A stretch of DNA of 64,000 nt. Source: an uncultured Elusimicrobia bacterium (GTDB taxonomy: Bacteria > Elusimicrobiota > Elusimicrobia > 2-01-FULL-59-12). The position numbers and the translations under genes are program-made. Below are positions 54,998-64,000 of the stretch, piece after piece. Location: assembly GCA_963702895.1 (NCBI GenBank), contig OY969767.1, forward strand, positions 352,001 through 416,000, in the 5' to 3' direction. Each line of letters begins with the position of its first letter. The first letter of the stretch is position 1. The notes beneath the pieces were generated by a model. That model did no database searches, was not told the DNA's origin, and was given only the letters and a program-made list of their open reading frames with translations.

Positions 54998-55519
54998 ATG
55001 CGTCGAATAAGTCTGCTTTTCGCGGTGGCGGCCATCGCCGTTTTTCTTGAAGGATGCACAAAGTCCTTTTTATGCGGGCCCAACAAGCGGCTTTTCAATG
55101 TCACCTATGCCCGGAGCAATCCGCGACTGGAAGAGATCAACGCCAGTGTCCCACCGGATGTGGCAGCGATCGTGGTGATCCGGTATCCCCAGTTTGTGAA
55201 ATGCGCCGTGCCGATGTACTTCCAGTTGGACGGAGAGGAGATTGGCCCCCTCGCCACGCACACTCATGTGATCGTCTATGTGCCGCCCGGTGAACACGAG
55301 CTCAACGCCCAGGACATTTCCGTCTGGAGCCCGAAGACGCGGAGCGTGTCGGGGAAAATTCGCATGGAAGCCGATGCAGGAAGAGCGTACTATGTCTCCG
55401 GTCAATTAGGTGATGGGTCCGTGAATCTTCGCCTACTCTCCGGCCAGGAAGCCTCCAAGTGGCTCAAAAGCAGCCGCCGCGTTCTCACCCCGACGGAGAA
55501 GAAACAGGAACCGCGATGA
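54998..55519 (+). CDS. DUF2846-like lipoprotein
   Basis: Lipobox LEGC; LDGEEIG, VPPGEHEL, AGRAYYV. Confidence 0.75.
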   Translation: MRRISLLFAVAAIAVFLEGCTKSFLCGPNKRLFNVTYARSNPRLEEINASVPPDVAAIVVIRYPQFVKCAVPMYFQLDGEEIGPLATHTHVIVYVPPGEHELNAQDISVWSPKTRSVSGKIRMEADAGRAYYVSGQLGDGSVNLRLLSGQEASKWLKSSRRVLTPTEKKQEPR

Positions 55520-57093
55520 ATCACCTTTGTCGAACGGGGGTCTTTCTGGCCGTCTGTTTTCTCTCCGGTTGCATCACGACGCCTCAGGAGGCGGTCGTGG
55601 CGCCCGTGCACCAGGCCTTGACGAAAGGCGACACCTCCGAGCTGGAACGGGCTTTGAAGAGCCGCAAGCAGCTCCTGGCGCTCAACGACTACGGGGAAAC
55701 GCCTCTACTCTATACCATCAAGCATGGTCAACCAGCCTTTGTGGATCGGTTGCTTTCCAAGGGCGCAGACGTCAATGCTCCCAATCCCCGCACTGGCGAA
55801 ACGCCCCTCATCGCCGCAGTAATAAGTGGCGACCGGGAGATGCTGAAAGAAATAATGGCGCATGGAGCCCAGCTTGACCAAGGCGACAACGAAGGCCTTA
55901 CGCCGCTGGTTTGGGCCTGCCGCAAAGGCGATCTGGAGGCGGTCCGGGCCCTGCTGGGCGCAGCGGATCAGGGGAAAGCCGCCAGCTCACCGGAGACAGT
56001 GCTCGCCGCCGCAAGTTACGGACATGACGGCGTCCTCGAATATTTATTGTCTTTGGGAGCGCCGGTCGATGCCCGGTCTCCCCAGGAGGAAACACCGCTT
56101 ATCCTTGCGGCGAGGTTCGGCCATGAGAAGACCGTGCGCCTCCTGCTTTCCAAGGGAGCCGGGAAGAACGCGCTCGATAAGAACGGCGCCTCCGCCCTGA
56201 CTTGGGCGGCCCGGTTGGGCCGGGTCGGCATCGTGAAAGCGCTTCTTGAACAAAATGTGGCCGTCGACCCCATCGATAAGACGGAACAAACCCCCTTGTC
56301 CCACGCCGTGCGTCTGGGTCACACGGAGGTGGTCCGTGAGCTGGTCGCCAAGGGAGCGAATCTGAATCGGGAGATGAAAGAGGGCGGCAACTTGATGTAT
56401 GAAGCCGCCTTCCAAGACGGCATCGCCCGAAGCCTTCATCAGGCGGGCGCCGGTATCGAAAAAATTCTGGACCGTCAAACGACCTCGCTGGAGGCCGCAG
56501 TGCGCTATTTGTGGATGGCTCAGTTTTATGAGAAGCAGCTCGTTCAAAACGCTGGGAACGCTTCTCTTGACCGAGACCGTGCCGTCCGCTGCTACGAGTG
56601 GGCGGGTGAGTTCTTCAACAAAGCGTCCGAAGAATACGAGCGGACGGCTAAAGAAATTCGAAGTGCCGAGCGATGGGCGATCGTCGGCATGCTGTTTCTT
56701 TCCGCGGCAGCGGACACAGCAGCCTCCATGCAGGCGCAAACCAAAGCCAAACAGATGGCAGAAATTGGCGCGCTCGGCAATGCCAATCGTCACGGAACCG
56801 GTTTGCAGGGCTATTACTCCGCTTTGTCGGCCCGGAAATCCGCCATCCCTTACGCCGCTTATGGTCAAACCCCCATTGGCGCTTCGCTCGGTGGAGTCGT
56901 CCCTCCCTCAAAGGCCATCGACCGATCTCCAACCGCCTACCAGGCGGAGGCGAAGAAATGCCATAAGTCGGCGGAAGGATGCCGTGCGGCGGCGGCATGC
57001 TACGGAAAAGACCATGGGTTCTCAGCGGCGCTACGTGCATGCCTCCGGGAAGCCCATGGAAAGATCCGACACCTCGGGGCCGATCCCATTTAA
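55516..57093 (+). CDS. ankyrin-repeat lipoprotein
   Basis: Lipobox LSGC; repeated GETPL..A..G..LL..GADVN. Confidence 0.9.
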   Translation: MNHLCRTGVFLAVCFLSGCITTPQEAVVAPVHQALTKGDTSELERALKSRKQLLALNDYGETPLLYTIKHGQPAFVDRLLSKGADVNAPNPRTGETPLIAAVISGDREMLKEIMAHGAQLDQGDNEGLTPLVWACRKGDLEAVRALLGAADQGKAASSPETVLAAASYGHDGVLEYLLSLGAPVDARSPQEETPLILAARFGHEKTVRLLLSKGAGKNALDKNGASALTWAARLGRVGIVKALLEQNVAVDPIDKTEQTPLSHAVRLGHTEVVRELVAKGANLNREMKEGGNLMYEAAFQDGIARSLHQAGAGIEKILDRQTTSLEAAVRYLWMAQFYEKQLVQNAGNASLDRDRAVRCYEWAGEFFNKASEEYERTAKEIRSAERWAIVGMLFLSAAADTAASMQAQTKAKQMAEIGALGNANRHGTGLQGYYSALSARKSAIPYAAYGQTPIGASLGGVVPPSKAIDRSPTAYQAEAKKCHKSAEGCRAAAACYGKDHGFSAALRACLREAHGKIRHLGADPI

Positions 57094-57160
57094 CTTCCCA
57101 GCGTCTGAAACCAATGAACCTGGTCGTTCTTTCGCGCAGCTGTATTTTTTGGATTTTTTT

Positions 57161-57299
57161 GGTGCCTATCACAAAGGGAGAACGTCGGCCATTTCCTGGG
57201 ACAGGCTGGGCCCTCACGACAGACGTTCGCTCTGGGGGCCAGGCCCAGCCTGTCCCAGCAAGTGAGATATCTTTTAGATTTATGACAGGCGCCAGTCAC
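57161..57299. repeat. MITE-like repeat, copy 2
   Basis: GGTGCCTATCACAAA / TTTATGACAGGCGCC ends; matches 52297-52429. Confidence 0.85.
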
Positions 57300-57637
57300 T
57301 TATTTCTCTCTTGATCCCGGCCCTGGCCGGAGGCTGCCATGCGGATCCTGCAGCCGGTATGGTGCCTCCAGCTCGGGAACCATTGTTCTATTCCATATGT
57401 TGCATTCTCGAGAGCCGAAGATGAATAATCGATCGTGAACAGGTCATGAGGAGGGATCAATGGATGATCCCGATTTCTCAAGACCAACAGCTTGAATCGC
57501 TTCAATGGAGATAGGTCGCCAAGTCATGGCGCTTTTACGCCGACCAGCTGATCGAAACACGGTGAAGAGGGGGCGACTGGATGAATCCCGCAACATGAAG
57601 CGGCTGAAAAGCCGTGAATGCGTCATAACATAATCTT

Positions 57638-59911
57638 ATGGCAAGCAAAATAATTATCGTGGGCGGCGTGGCGGCGGGGGCAACGGCCGCGGCGAAGGCC
57701 CGCCGGGTCAACGAGCAGGCTGAGATCACGGTCTATGAACGGGGCCCGTATATTTCGTTTGCGAACTGTGGGCTTCCCTATTACGTGGGCGGCACGATTC
57801 CCGAACGCTCAGGTCTCTTGTTGCAGACTCCGGAAGGATTCTGGAAGCGCTACCGGGTCCAGGTTCGGGTTCGCCATGAGGTCACGAAGGTGGACCGCGC
57901 GCTTCGGCAGGTTCACGTCCGGAACCTGGAAACCGGAGAAACCTTCAAGGACCCTTATGACAAGCTCATCCTTTGTCCCGGCGCGGGAGCGATTATCCCG
58001 CCGCTGCCAGGATTGATCCTTTCGTCTCCCCAGGAACCGCTCCGGTTGCCTGAGAACGTTTTTACGGTCAAGACGGTCCCGGACTCTGACGCGATCAAGG
58101 ACTTTCTGGAAAAACAGAAACCCGGGAAAGCCGTGGTCATCGGGGCCGGCTTCATCGGGCTGGAAACCGCGGAAGCTTTGAAAAAACGGGGGCTGCAGGT
58201 GACGATCGTGGAAATGCTCCCCCAGGTTTTGCCGCCGCTGGACGCGGATGTCGCTTCCTTCATGGCCAGGCACATCACCGAACAGGGCGTCGATGTGGTG
58301 CTGGCGGATGCGGTGAAGGCTTTCCATGGGAAGCCGCGCGTCAACGAGATCGAACTGGCGAGCGGTCGGCGCGTGCCGGCGGAGCTCGTCATCCTTTCGA
58401 TCGGCGTGCGGCCGGAACTCGAGCTCGCGCGCGACGCGGGCCTTTCCATCGGGGCATCCGGTGGCATTGACGTCGATGACCGCCAGGCCACGTCCGATCC
58501 GTTGATTTATGCCGCGGGCGATGCGGTGGAAGTGGTGCACCGGGTGACGAAGAAGAAAACGCGTATCGCCATGGCGGGCCCCGCCAATAAGCAGGGGCGC
58601 GTGGCCGGCGCCAACGCGGCCGGAGGCGATTTGAAGTTTCCAGGCGCTCTCGGGACGGCGATTGTGGAGTGCCTCGGAATGACCGCGGCCAAGACAGGGC
58701 TTTCCGAGCGCGAAGCCCGCCAGGCGGGGCTTGATGGCGTTGCCACCTGGACGCACGCGGGCCATCACGCCGGGTATTATCCCGGGAGCGAGATGCTGCA
58801 TATCAAACTGATCAGCGAGCGCGTGACCGGACGGATCCTGGGCGGCCAGATCGTGGGGGCGCAGGGCGTTGACAAGCGCGCGGACGTGCTGGCCACGGCC
58901 CTGGCGGCCGGGATGAAAGTCACGGACCTCGAAAACCTGGATCTGGCTTATGCGCCGCCCTTTTCGTCAGCCAAGGACCCGGTGATCATGTCCGGTTTTG
59001 TGGCGGCCAATGTCCAGCGCGGGGACACCGCCACCCTCACCCCAGAAGAGCTCTTCGCCCGGCAGAAGCGGGACCCCGCCTGCGTGCTGGTGGATGTCCG
59101 CACGCGGAAGGAATTCGAATCCGGAACGCTGGCCGGGGCGGTGAATGTACCCGTCGACGAGCTCCGCGAGCGCATCAACGAGCTTGATCCGGGCCGCGAG
59201 ACCATCGTTTACTGCCGCGTTGGCTATCGGGGGTATCTTGCCGAGCGGATCCTTCGGCAGAACGGCTTTAAGAAAGTCTTTAATTTAACCGGCGGGATGC
59301 TGAGCGTCCCGGCCTCCGCCCTTGCATCCGCCCCCGCTCCCGTCGCAGCGTCGTTACCGAGCGGTCCCGTGTCGGTCGAGGTCCTCAAGCCGCTCGTGGA
59401 TCAGGGGAACGCCGCTTCCGTCGTCGATGTTCGCGAAGCCGGCGAGTATTCCTACGAGCACATCCCGGGAACGACGAATCTTCCGCTCACCCGCTGGCCC
59501 GCGGCGGCGGCCCGCCTGCCGAAGAACCAGGAGATCTATATTCTTTGCCAATCCGGCGTGCGCACGCAGCAGGCCGCTCAAATGCTGGTGGGCGCCGGTT
59601 ACACCCGGGTCCACTGTGTGGACGGCGGGATCTCGGCGTGGACCAAGGCGGGCTTCCCGACTCAAAAGAGCGGCGGGGTGATCCCGATCATGCGCCAGGT
59701 TCAGATCGTTGCGGGAAGCCTGGTGGTCGTCGGGGTTCTGCTCCCGGGCTGGGGATGGACCCTCTCGGCGTTTGTGGGAGCGGGTCTTGTTTTCGCCGGG
59801 GTCAGCGGAACCTGCGGCATGGCTGGCATTCTGGCGAAGATGCCCTGGAACCGGAACTCCGGCGGTTCTTGTGATGCCTCCGGACCGCAACCTCCGAGCT
59901 GTTCTGCCTGA
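57638..59911 (+). CDS. CoA-disulfide reductase-rhodanese-rhodanese-DUF2892 fusion
   Basis: GGVAAG, SFANCGLPY, GAGFIGLE, YAPPF; YCRVGYRG; LCQSGVRT; GTCGMA..MPWN. Confidence 0.88.
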   Translation: MASKIIIVGGVAAGATAAAKARRVNEQAEITVYERGPYISFANCGLPYYVGGTIPERSGLLLQTPEGFWKRYRVQVRVRHEVTKVDRALRQVHVRNLETGETFKDPYDKLILCPGAGAIIPPLPGLILSSPQEPLRLPENVFTVKTVPDSDAIKDFLEKQKPGKAVVIGAGFIGLETAEALKKRGLQVTIVEMLPQVLPPLDADVASFMARHITEQGVDVVLADAVKAFHGKPRVNEIELASGRRVPAELVILSIGVRPELELARDAGLSIGASGGIDVDDRQATSDPLIYAAGDAVEVVHRVTKKKTRIAMAGPANKQGRVAGANAAGGDLKFPGALGTAIVECLGMTAAKTGLSEREARQAGLDGVATWTHAGHHAGYYPGSEMLHIKLISERVTGRILGGQIVGAQGVDKRADVLATALAAGMKVTDLENLDLAYAPPFSSAKDPVIMSGFVAANVQRGDTATLTPEELFARQKRDPACVLVDVRTRKEFESGTLAGAVNVPVDELRERINELDPGRETIVYCRVGYRGYLAERILRQNGFKKVFNLTGGMLSVPASALASAPAPVAASLPSGPVSVEVLKPLVDQGNAASVVDVREAGEYSYEHIPGTTNLPLTRWPAAAARLPKNQEIYILCQSGVRTQQAAQMLVGAGYTRVHCVDGGISAWTKAGFPTQKSGGVIPIMRQVQIVAGSLVVVGVLLPGWGWTLSAFVGAGLVFAGVSGTCGMAGILAKMPWNRNSGGSCDASGPQPPSCSA

Positions 59912-60064
59912 CGCCTGACCGAACTTCAGGATGAGATCAATCTTGGTGGTTCTTGCGTCACAAAGAAGTCCAGGTGGAAGTCGGATCGTTCAAGGGGGTA
60001 TGCGTGAATCGAAACGCGGCAGGTGGGTTTGAGATGGGAACCTGATCAGTATCCATTCGATGAA

Positions 60065-60790
60065 ATGAACAAGGCTAGGCCGTTCCAGAATGCCGCACAA
60101 GCTGCCAAGGCACTGCGGGCCTTAGCGAGCCCACAGAAAGCCGCCATTTTGCAGCGGTTCTTCAAGACGGGACCCGGCGAGTATGGGGAAGGGGATCAGT
60201 TTATCGGCGTGACGGTGCCGGCGGCGCGGCGTGTGGCCGCAACCTTCAGCGGTCTTTCGCAGCGGGACGTGTCGCGCCTGGCGCGCTCGCCGGTTCACGA
60301 AGAGCGTCTCCTGGGCCTTCTCATCTGGATGCGCCAGTTTTCGCGCGCGGACCCCAAAGGGCGTAAGCTCATCTACGATCTCTACGTTCGCCACATGCCT
60401 TGGATCAACAATTGGGACCTAGTCGATATCAGCTGCCGTGATATCATCGGGGGCTGGCTTGCCTCGCGCAGCCGGGAGCCACTGCATCGCTGGGCGCGTT
60501 CCAAAAGACTTTGGGACCGGCGGGTGGCGATCGTGAGCACGTGGCCCTTCATTCGAGATGGCGATGTCCAAGAGACGCTCCACTTGGCCCTTGTGCTCCT
60601 GCATGATAAGGAAGACCTCATCCACAAGGCCGTGGGATGGATGCTGCGCGAGCTCGGCAAGCGCGACGAACGCGCCCTTCGCGCCTTCTTGGACCGTCAC
60701 GCGGCCAGCATGCCGCGGACGATGCTTCGTTATGCGATTGAACGATTTCCTCCTGCGCAACGACGCCGGTGGATGGGTTTAGCTCCATAA
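60065..60790 (+). CDS. alkD: AlkD-like DNA alkylation repair protein
   Basis: FFKTGPGEYGEGD.FIGV, NNWDLVD, IHKAVGWMLRE, RTMLRYAIE. Confidence 0.88.
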   Translation: MNKARPFQNAAQAAKALRALASPQKAAILQRFFKTGPGEYGEGDQFIGVTVPAARRVAATFSGLSQRDVSRLARSPVHEERLLGLLIWMRQFSRADPKGRKLIYDLYVRHMPWINNWDLVDISCRDIIGGWLASRSREPLHRWARSKRLWDRRVAIVSTWPFIRDGDVQETLHLALVLLHDKEDLIHKAVGWMLRELGKRDERALRAFLDRHAASMPRTMLRYAIERFPPAQRRRWMGLAP

Positions 60791-60908
60791 GACGGATGAC
60801 GCAATCCTCACCATCGCGCCGCATCAGGATGGCGTGGGGTTTTTTTTACGGCGGACCTGCCCGCCGTAGCCCTGGTGAAGATGGATGGAGATGTCTCAAG
60901 AGGTGCTT

Positions 60909-61784
60909 ATGAAAATACTCGTGGTGGGAGCGCAAGGGATGCTGGGGCGCCCGGTGGTGCGGCGGCTCGTTCAGGACGGTTTTGCGGTGCGCGCGCTCGC
61001 CCGTGATCCGGCTAAAGCTCGGGCTCGGCTGCCCGCCGCCGTTGAGATTCTGGCCGGCGATCTCAGAGAACCCGCCAGCATCGATCGGGCGCTTGAGGGT
61101 TGCGCCGCGGTGTACCTCTCGGTCGACCATCGGCCAGGGGACAGGTTCCAACCGGAAACGGACGGTCTGGCCAACGTGATTACCGCGGCGCGCAACCATG
61201 CCGGGGTTCGTCTCATGACCATGACGGGCCTGCGCGCTTCCGACCCTGCGTCCGAAAAGCATCCCCGGGAGTATATCCGTGAGAAATTCAAGGCCTATCA
61301 CATCGCGCGACACTCCGGCCTCTCCTGGACGGTCTGGGAACCTACGTGGTTCATGGAATCGATTCCACTCTTTGCCAAGGGTCAAACGATGATCTTCTTT
61401 GGCGGGGTTCGCCTTGAGCCCTGGTGGGTGGCCGGCGACGATTATGCGCGACGGATCTCCAGGGCGCTATCAACAGGATCTGAACAGGAACGGGCTGTTC
61501 CCGTCCAAGGGCCGGAGAAGGTGCCTTGGGCCGAAGCGGCCCGCCGCTTTGCAAAGGCTTGGGGACCGCCGATGCAAGTTCGGCGAATGCCGTTTGTTCT
61601 CCTGCGCGCGCTCGGGGTGTTCAGTGCCGACGCGCGCAAGCTGGCGGCTATCCTCAAAATCTCGGAACAAGTGAATGAGCCGGCGCCCGATCCGGCGCTC
61701 TGGCATGGTCTTGGGGGTCTGCCCCTCAGCATTGAAGGCTACGCCGACTACGTGCGCCGCATCGGCGATTTTCCTCAGAAGTAA
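60909..61784 (+). CDS. NmrA/SDR-like NAD(P)-binding protein
   Basis: ILVVGAQGMLG..V..VRALAR; PTWFME. Confidence 0.85.
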   Translation: MKILVVGAQGMLGRPVVRRLVQDGFAVRALARDPAKARARLPAAVEILAGDLREPASIDRALEGCAAVYLSVDHRPGDRFQPETDGLANVITAARNHAGVRLMTMTGLRASDPASEKHPREYIREKFKAYHIARHSGLSWTVWEPTWFMESIPLFAKGQTMIFFGGVRLEPWWVAGDDYARRISRALSTGSEQERAVPVQGPEKVPWAEAARRFAKAWGPPMQVRRMPFVLLRALGVFSADARKLAAILKISEQVNEPAPDPALWHGLGGLPLSIEGYADYVRRIGDFPQK

Positions 61785-61842
61785 GGATGAGTAGGATGAG
61801 TGATAGGGGACGACCTCGGAAACTCGGAAAAGGAGTCATCCA

Positions 61843-62382
61843 ATGTTAAATGCGTTGAAAAATCAGTTGGTCTTGCTGGCGGAACATTCTGACAATACAT
61901 TGCAGAAGCAAATCAAGAAACGCCTCGGCGCCAAAGCGGCGGCGGAGCTGACTCCGAAACTCCGCAACTTTATTCTGGTCATGCCGGAGATGATTGCTCA
62001 GATTCGCGCCTGGGCAGATCATAAGGAAATTCCTCTCCAAAGCCGCAAGCTGCATGGGTTCTTAATGACGTATCTGTATCACCCGGTGGACTTTCTCCCC
62101 GAGGAGGCCCATGGCTTCTTCGGCTATCTTGACGATGCCTACGTGGTGGGTAGCATCTACTACAAGACGCTTCAGGAGCTTGGGAATGACCATTCCCGGT
62201 TTATCTCCCAGCACAAGGATATCGCGGACCAAGTGGCCGGGTGGCTCGTGGATACGCAGAAGGTCATTCATTCGGTGACCCTTGAGATCGACCGTATGAT
62301 CGATGAGCTGGCGGCGGGTGACGACCATCGCTTTCAACAACTCATGGAACGTCAAAATCAGGTGAAGACAGCGGGGTCTTGA
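61843..62382 (+). CDS. DUF1232/YkvA-family protein
   Basis: YLYHPVDFLPE..GFFGYLDD. Confidence 0.8.
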   Translation: MLNALKNQLVLLAEHSDNTLQKQIKKRLGAKAAAELTPKLRNFILVMPEMIAQIRAWADHKEIPLQSRKLHGFLMTYLYHPVDFLPEEAHGFFGYLDDAYVVGSIYYKTLQELGNDHSRFISQHKDIADQVAGWLVDTQKVIHSVTLEIDRMIDELAAGDDHRFQQLMERQNQVKTAGS

Positions 62383-62481
62383 TCCGGCGCAAGCGGTTCT
62401 TCTGGATATCAATGAATTCGGATCACTGCGTTGAACCACGCTTTTCGTCTGTGTCAGATCTTAGAAAGTGGGGCCACTGAT

Positions 62482-63834
62482 ATGATCGCATCAAAGTTCG
62501 CCATAGGCAAGGAAGGTCGTTACAAAGGGGCCACGGCCCTGCTGCTACTCTTGGGACTTCTGAGTGTTTGGGTTGAGGCCGCCACCTTTGATAGCACCAT
62601 GCGCTTGGGGGTCTATGCGGCATCGGGTCCGGGCCAGAGGGACCTACATCTGGGCGAGACTCCTTCCCCTGGGGGCCAAGGGATCGAAGTCCCGGCTGCT
62701 AAGAGTTGGTATGTGCGTCCAATCACGGGCTATGAACAGGACTGGCTCAAAAACGTGGCGGTCGAAGTGAAAGCCAAGAAAATCCCGGGACTGTCGCTCA
62801 GCACAAAATCAAAACTTTCCGATGATGATCTACGCGCTCTTTCCGGTCTAGGCCATCTCCAGTATCTCGATCTCGGCCATACCCCTATCGACGGCCAGGG
62901 ACTGCGGCACTTGAGGAGACTCGAACGTCTCAAGTTCCTGGGCCTGGAGTACACCTACGTGACCGATGCCGCCCTGCGGCACGTCGCGGTCTTTAAAGAC
63001 CTGGAAACTCTTGAGTTGGGACACACCGCCGTGACCGATACGGGATTTGCGGCGATTACGACGCTCAAGAACCTGCGCCATGTGTCGTTGGAATACACCT
63101 CGGTGGGCGACGGCATCGCCTCCCCTCTGGCGCGTCTGCAGAATCTCCAATGGGTGCATCTTGGGCATACGCGCATCACCGATGCGGCGATTCCAGCCCT
63201 GGCCCGGCTGCCGGTTCTTGAGTCTTTGTCGTTGAATTACGCCCGCTTAACGGATCGTGGAGTCAGCGCTCTCTCCTCCGCGAGGTCGCTCAAGGTCCTG
63301 CACCTTGACGGCCTCCTGTCCGGGATTTCAAGCCGCAGCCTGCGCGCGTTGGGGCAGCTGCCTTCCCTGCGCGTGCTCTCGATGCGCGCAAGCGGGGCGG
63401 GTGACGCGATGCTCGCGGAGTTCAAGCCCGCCGGCCCTCTCGAGGATCTTGATCTGAATTTCACACGCATCGGCGACGCCGGACTGTCTGTTCTGGCAAG
63501 ATGGACTACGATCAAGCGCCTGCATTTGCGCGCGACATCGGTGTCGGATGAAGGCCTTAAGACCTTGAGCCGTATGCCGTCACTCGAGGTGTTGGATCTC
63601 TCCAACACCCCGATCACCGAAGTAGGGCTGGGAGAACTGGCCGACCTTCCACGGCTTCATGATCTGCATCTTGACGGGGTGCCCTTGACCGACGCGGCCT
63701 TGCAGGCGCTCATGCAGATCCCCTCTCTCGATGTCTTGCATGTGATCGATACGCGCATGACGGCGGCCGGTCTTCAAGACTTCAAAACCCGGCGGCCTGG
63801 GGTCCAGATATTTTCCATGTACGGCCGGATGTAG
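62482..63834 (+). CDS. leucine-rich repeat protein
   Basis: Repeated L..L.L..T.VTD.GL..L 24-aa units after an N-terminal hydrophobic segment. Confidence 0.9.
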   Translation: MIASKFAIGKEGRYKGATALLLLLGLLSVWVEAATFDSTMRLGVYAASGPGQRDLHLGETPSPGGQGIEVPAAKSWYVRPITGYEQDWLKNVAVEVKAKKIPGLSLSTKSKLSDDDLRALSGLGHLQYLDLGHTPIDGQGLRHLRRLERLKFLGLEYTYVTDAALRHVAVFKDLETLELGHTAVTDTGFAAITTLKNLRHVSLEYTSVGDGIASPLARLQNLQWVHLGHTRITDAAIPALARLPVLESLSLNYARLTDRGVSALSSARSLKVLHLDGLLSGISSRSLRALGQLPSLRVLSMRASGAGDAMLAEFKPAGPLEDLDLNFTRIGDAGLSVLARWTTIKRLHLRATSVSDEGLKTLSRMPSLEVLDLSNTPITEVGLGELADLPRLHDLHLDGVPLTDAALQALMQIPSLDVLHVIDTRMTAAGLQDFKTRRPGVQIFSMYGRM

Positions 63835-64000
63835 GCTCCATGCGAATTCCTGTGGAAAGAATGCGGCGCGTCCTTCTGCCTGGCCTCCTTGGATTTCCAT
63901 TGTGGTTGGGCGGCTGCGCCGGAGGGGTCGCGTATCGGCCGACCGAACCCCCGGCTTCTGCGATGACCCAATCCCAAGCGATAGCGGAGGCGTCTCAGTT

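Noticed and set aside
57296..57505. Small minus-strand ORF MKRFKLLVLRN...
   Set aside because: Possibly a gene fragment, but no family could be supported from the sequence.

Overview
Bacterial accessory region from a diderm organism, organised around one initiator tRNA-fMet(CAT) gene (22649-22722, minus strand) that has been used repeatedly as an integration site from both ends. On its 3' side lie three successive islands, each closed by a displaced tRNA 3' fragment with its own hairpin. (i) A ~7.7 kb satellite/IME-like element with a large serine recombinase, P-loop Rep/helicase, iterons and a small tyrosine recombinase; excision would swap the recombinase C-terminus and couple it to the downstream operon. 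(ii) A ~11.9 kb recombinase-less Zn/Mn and Ni/Co uptake island with NikR and its operator, a CbiM-DUF4198 fusion and two CxxC/Pro-Pro leader ORFs. (iii) A hicBA-only remnant bounded by a tRNA 3' half carrying a 127-bp structured insert. On the 5' side, the tRNA 5' half plus promoter is duplicated exactly (57 bp), and paired TGATCGG-N5-TGATCGG motifs at fixed spacing suggest integrase-less cassettes (a Sel1 gene; possibly a ~20 kb envelope-repair block). The rest holds an alpha-2-macroglobulin/pbpC/SpoIID/M15/CapA locus, hflKC, frameshifted katG and ybbP-like genes, Fic, decayed RAYT elements, nested MITEs, a CoA-disulfide reductase-rhodanese fusion, alkD and LRR/ankyrin proteins. All calls come from motif recognition by eye; no searches were run.
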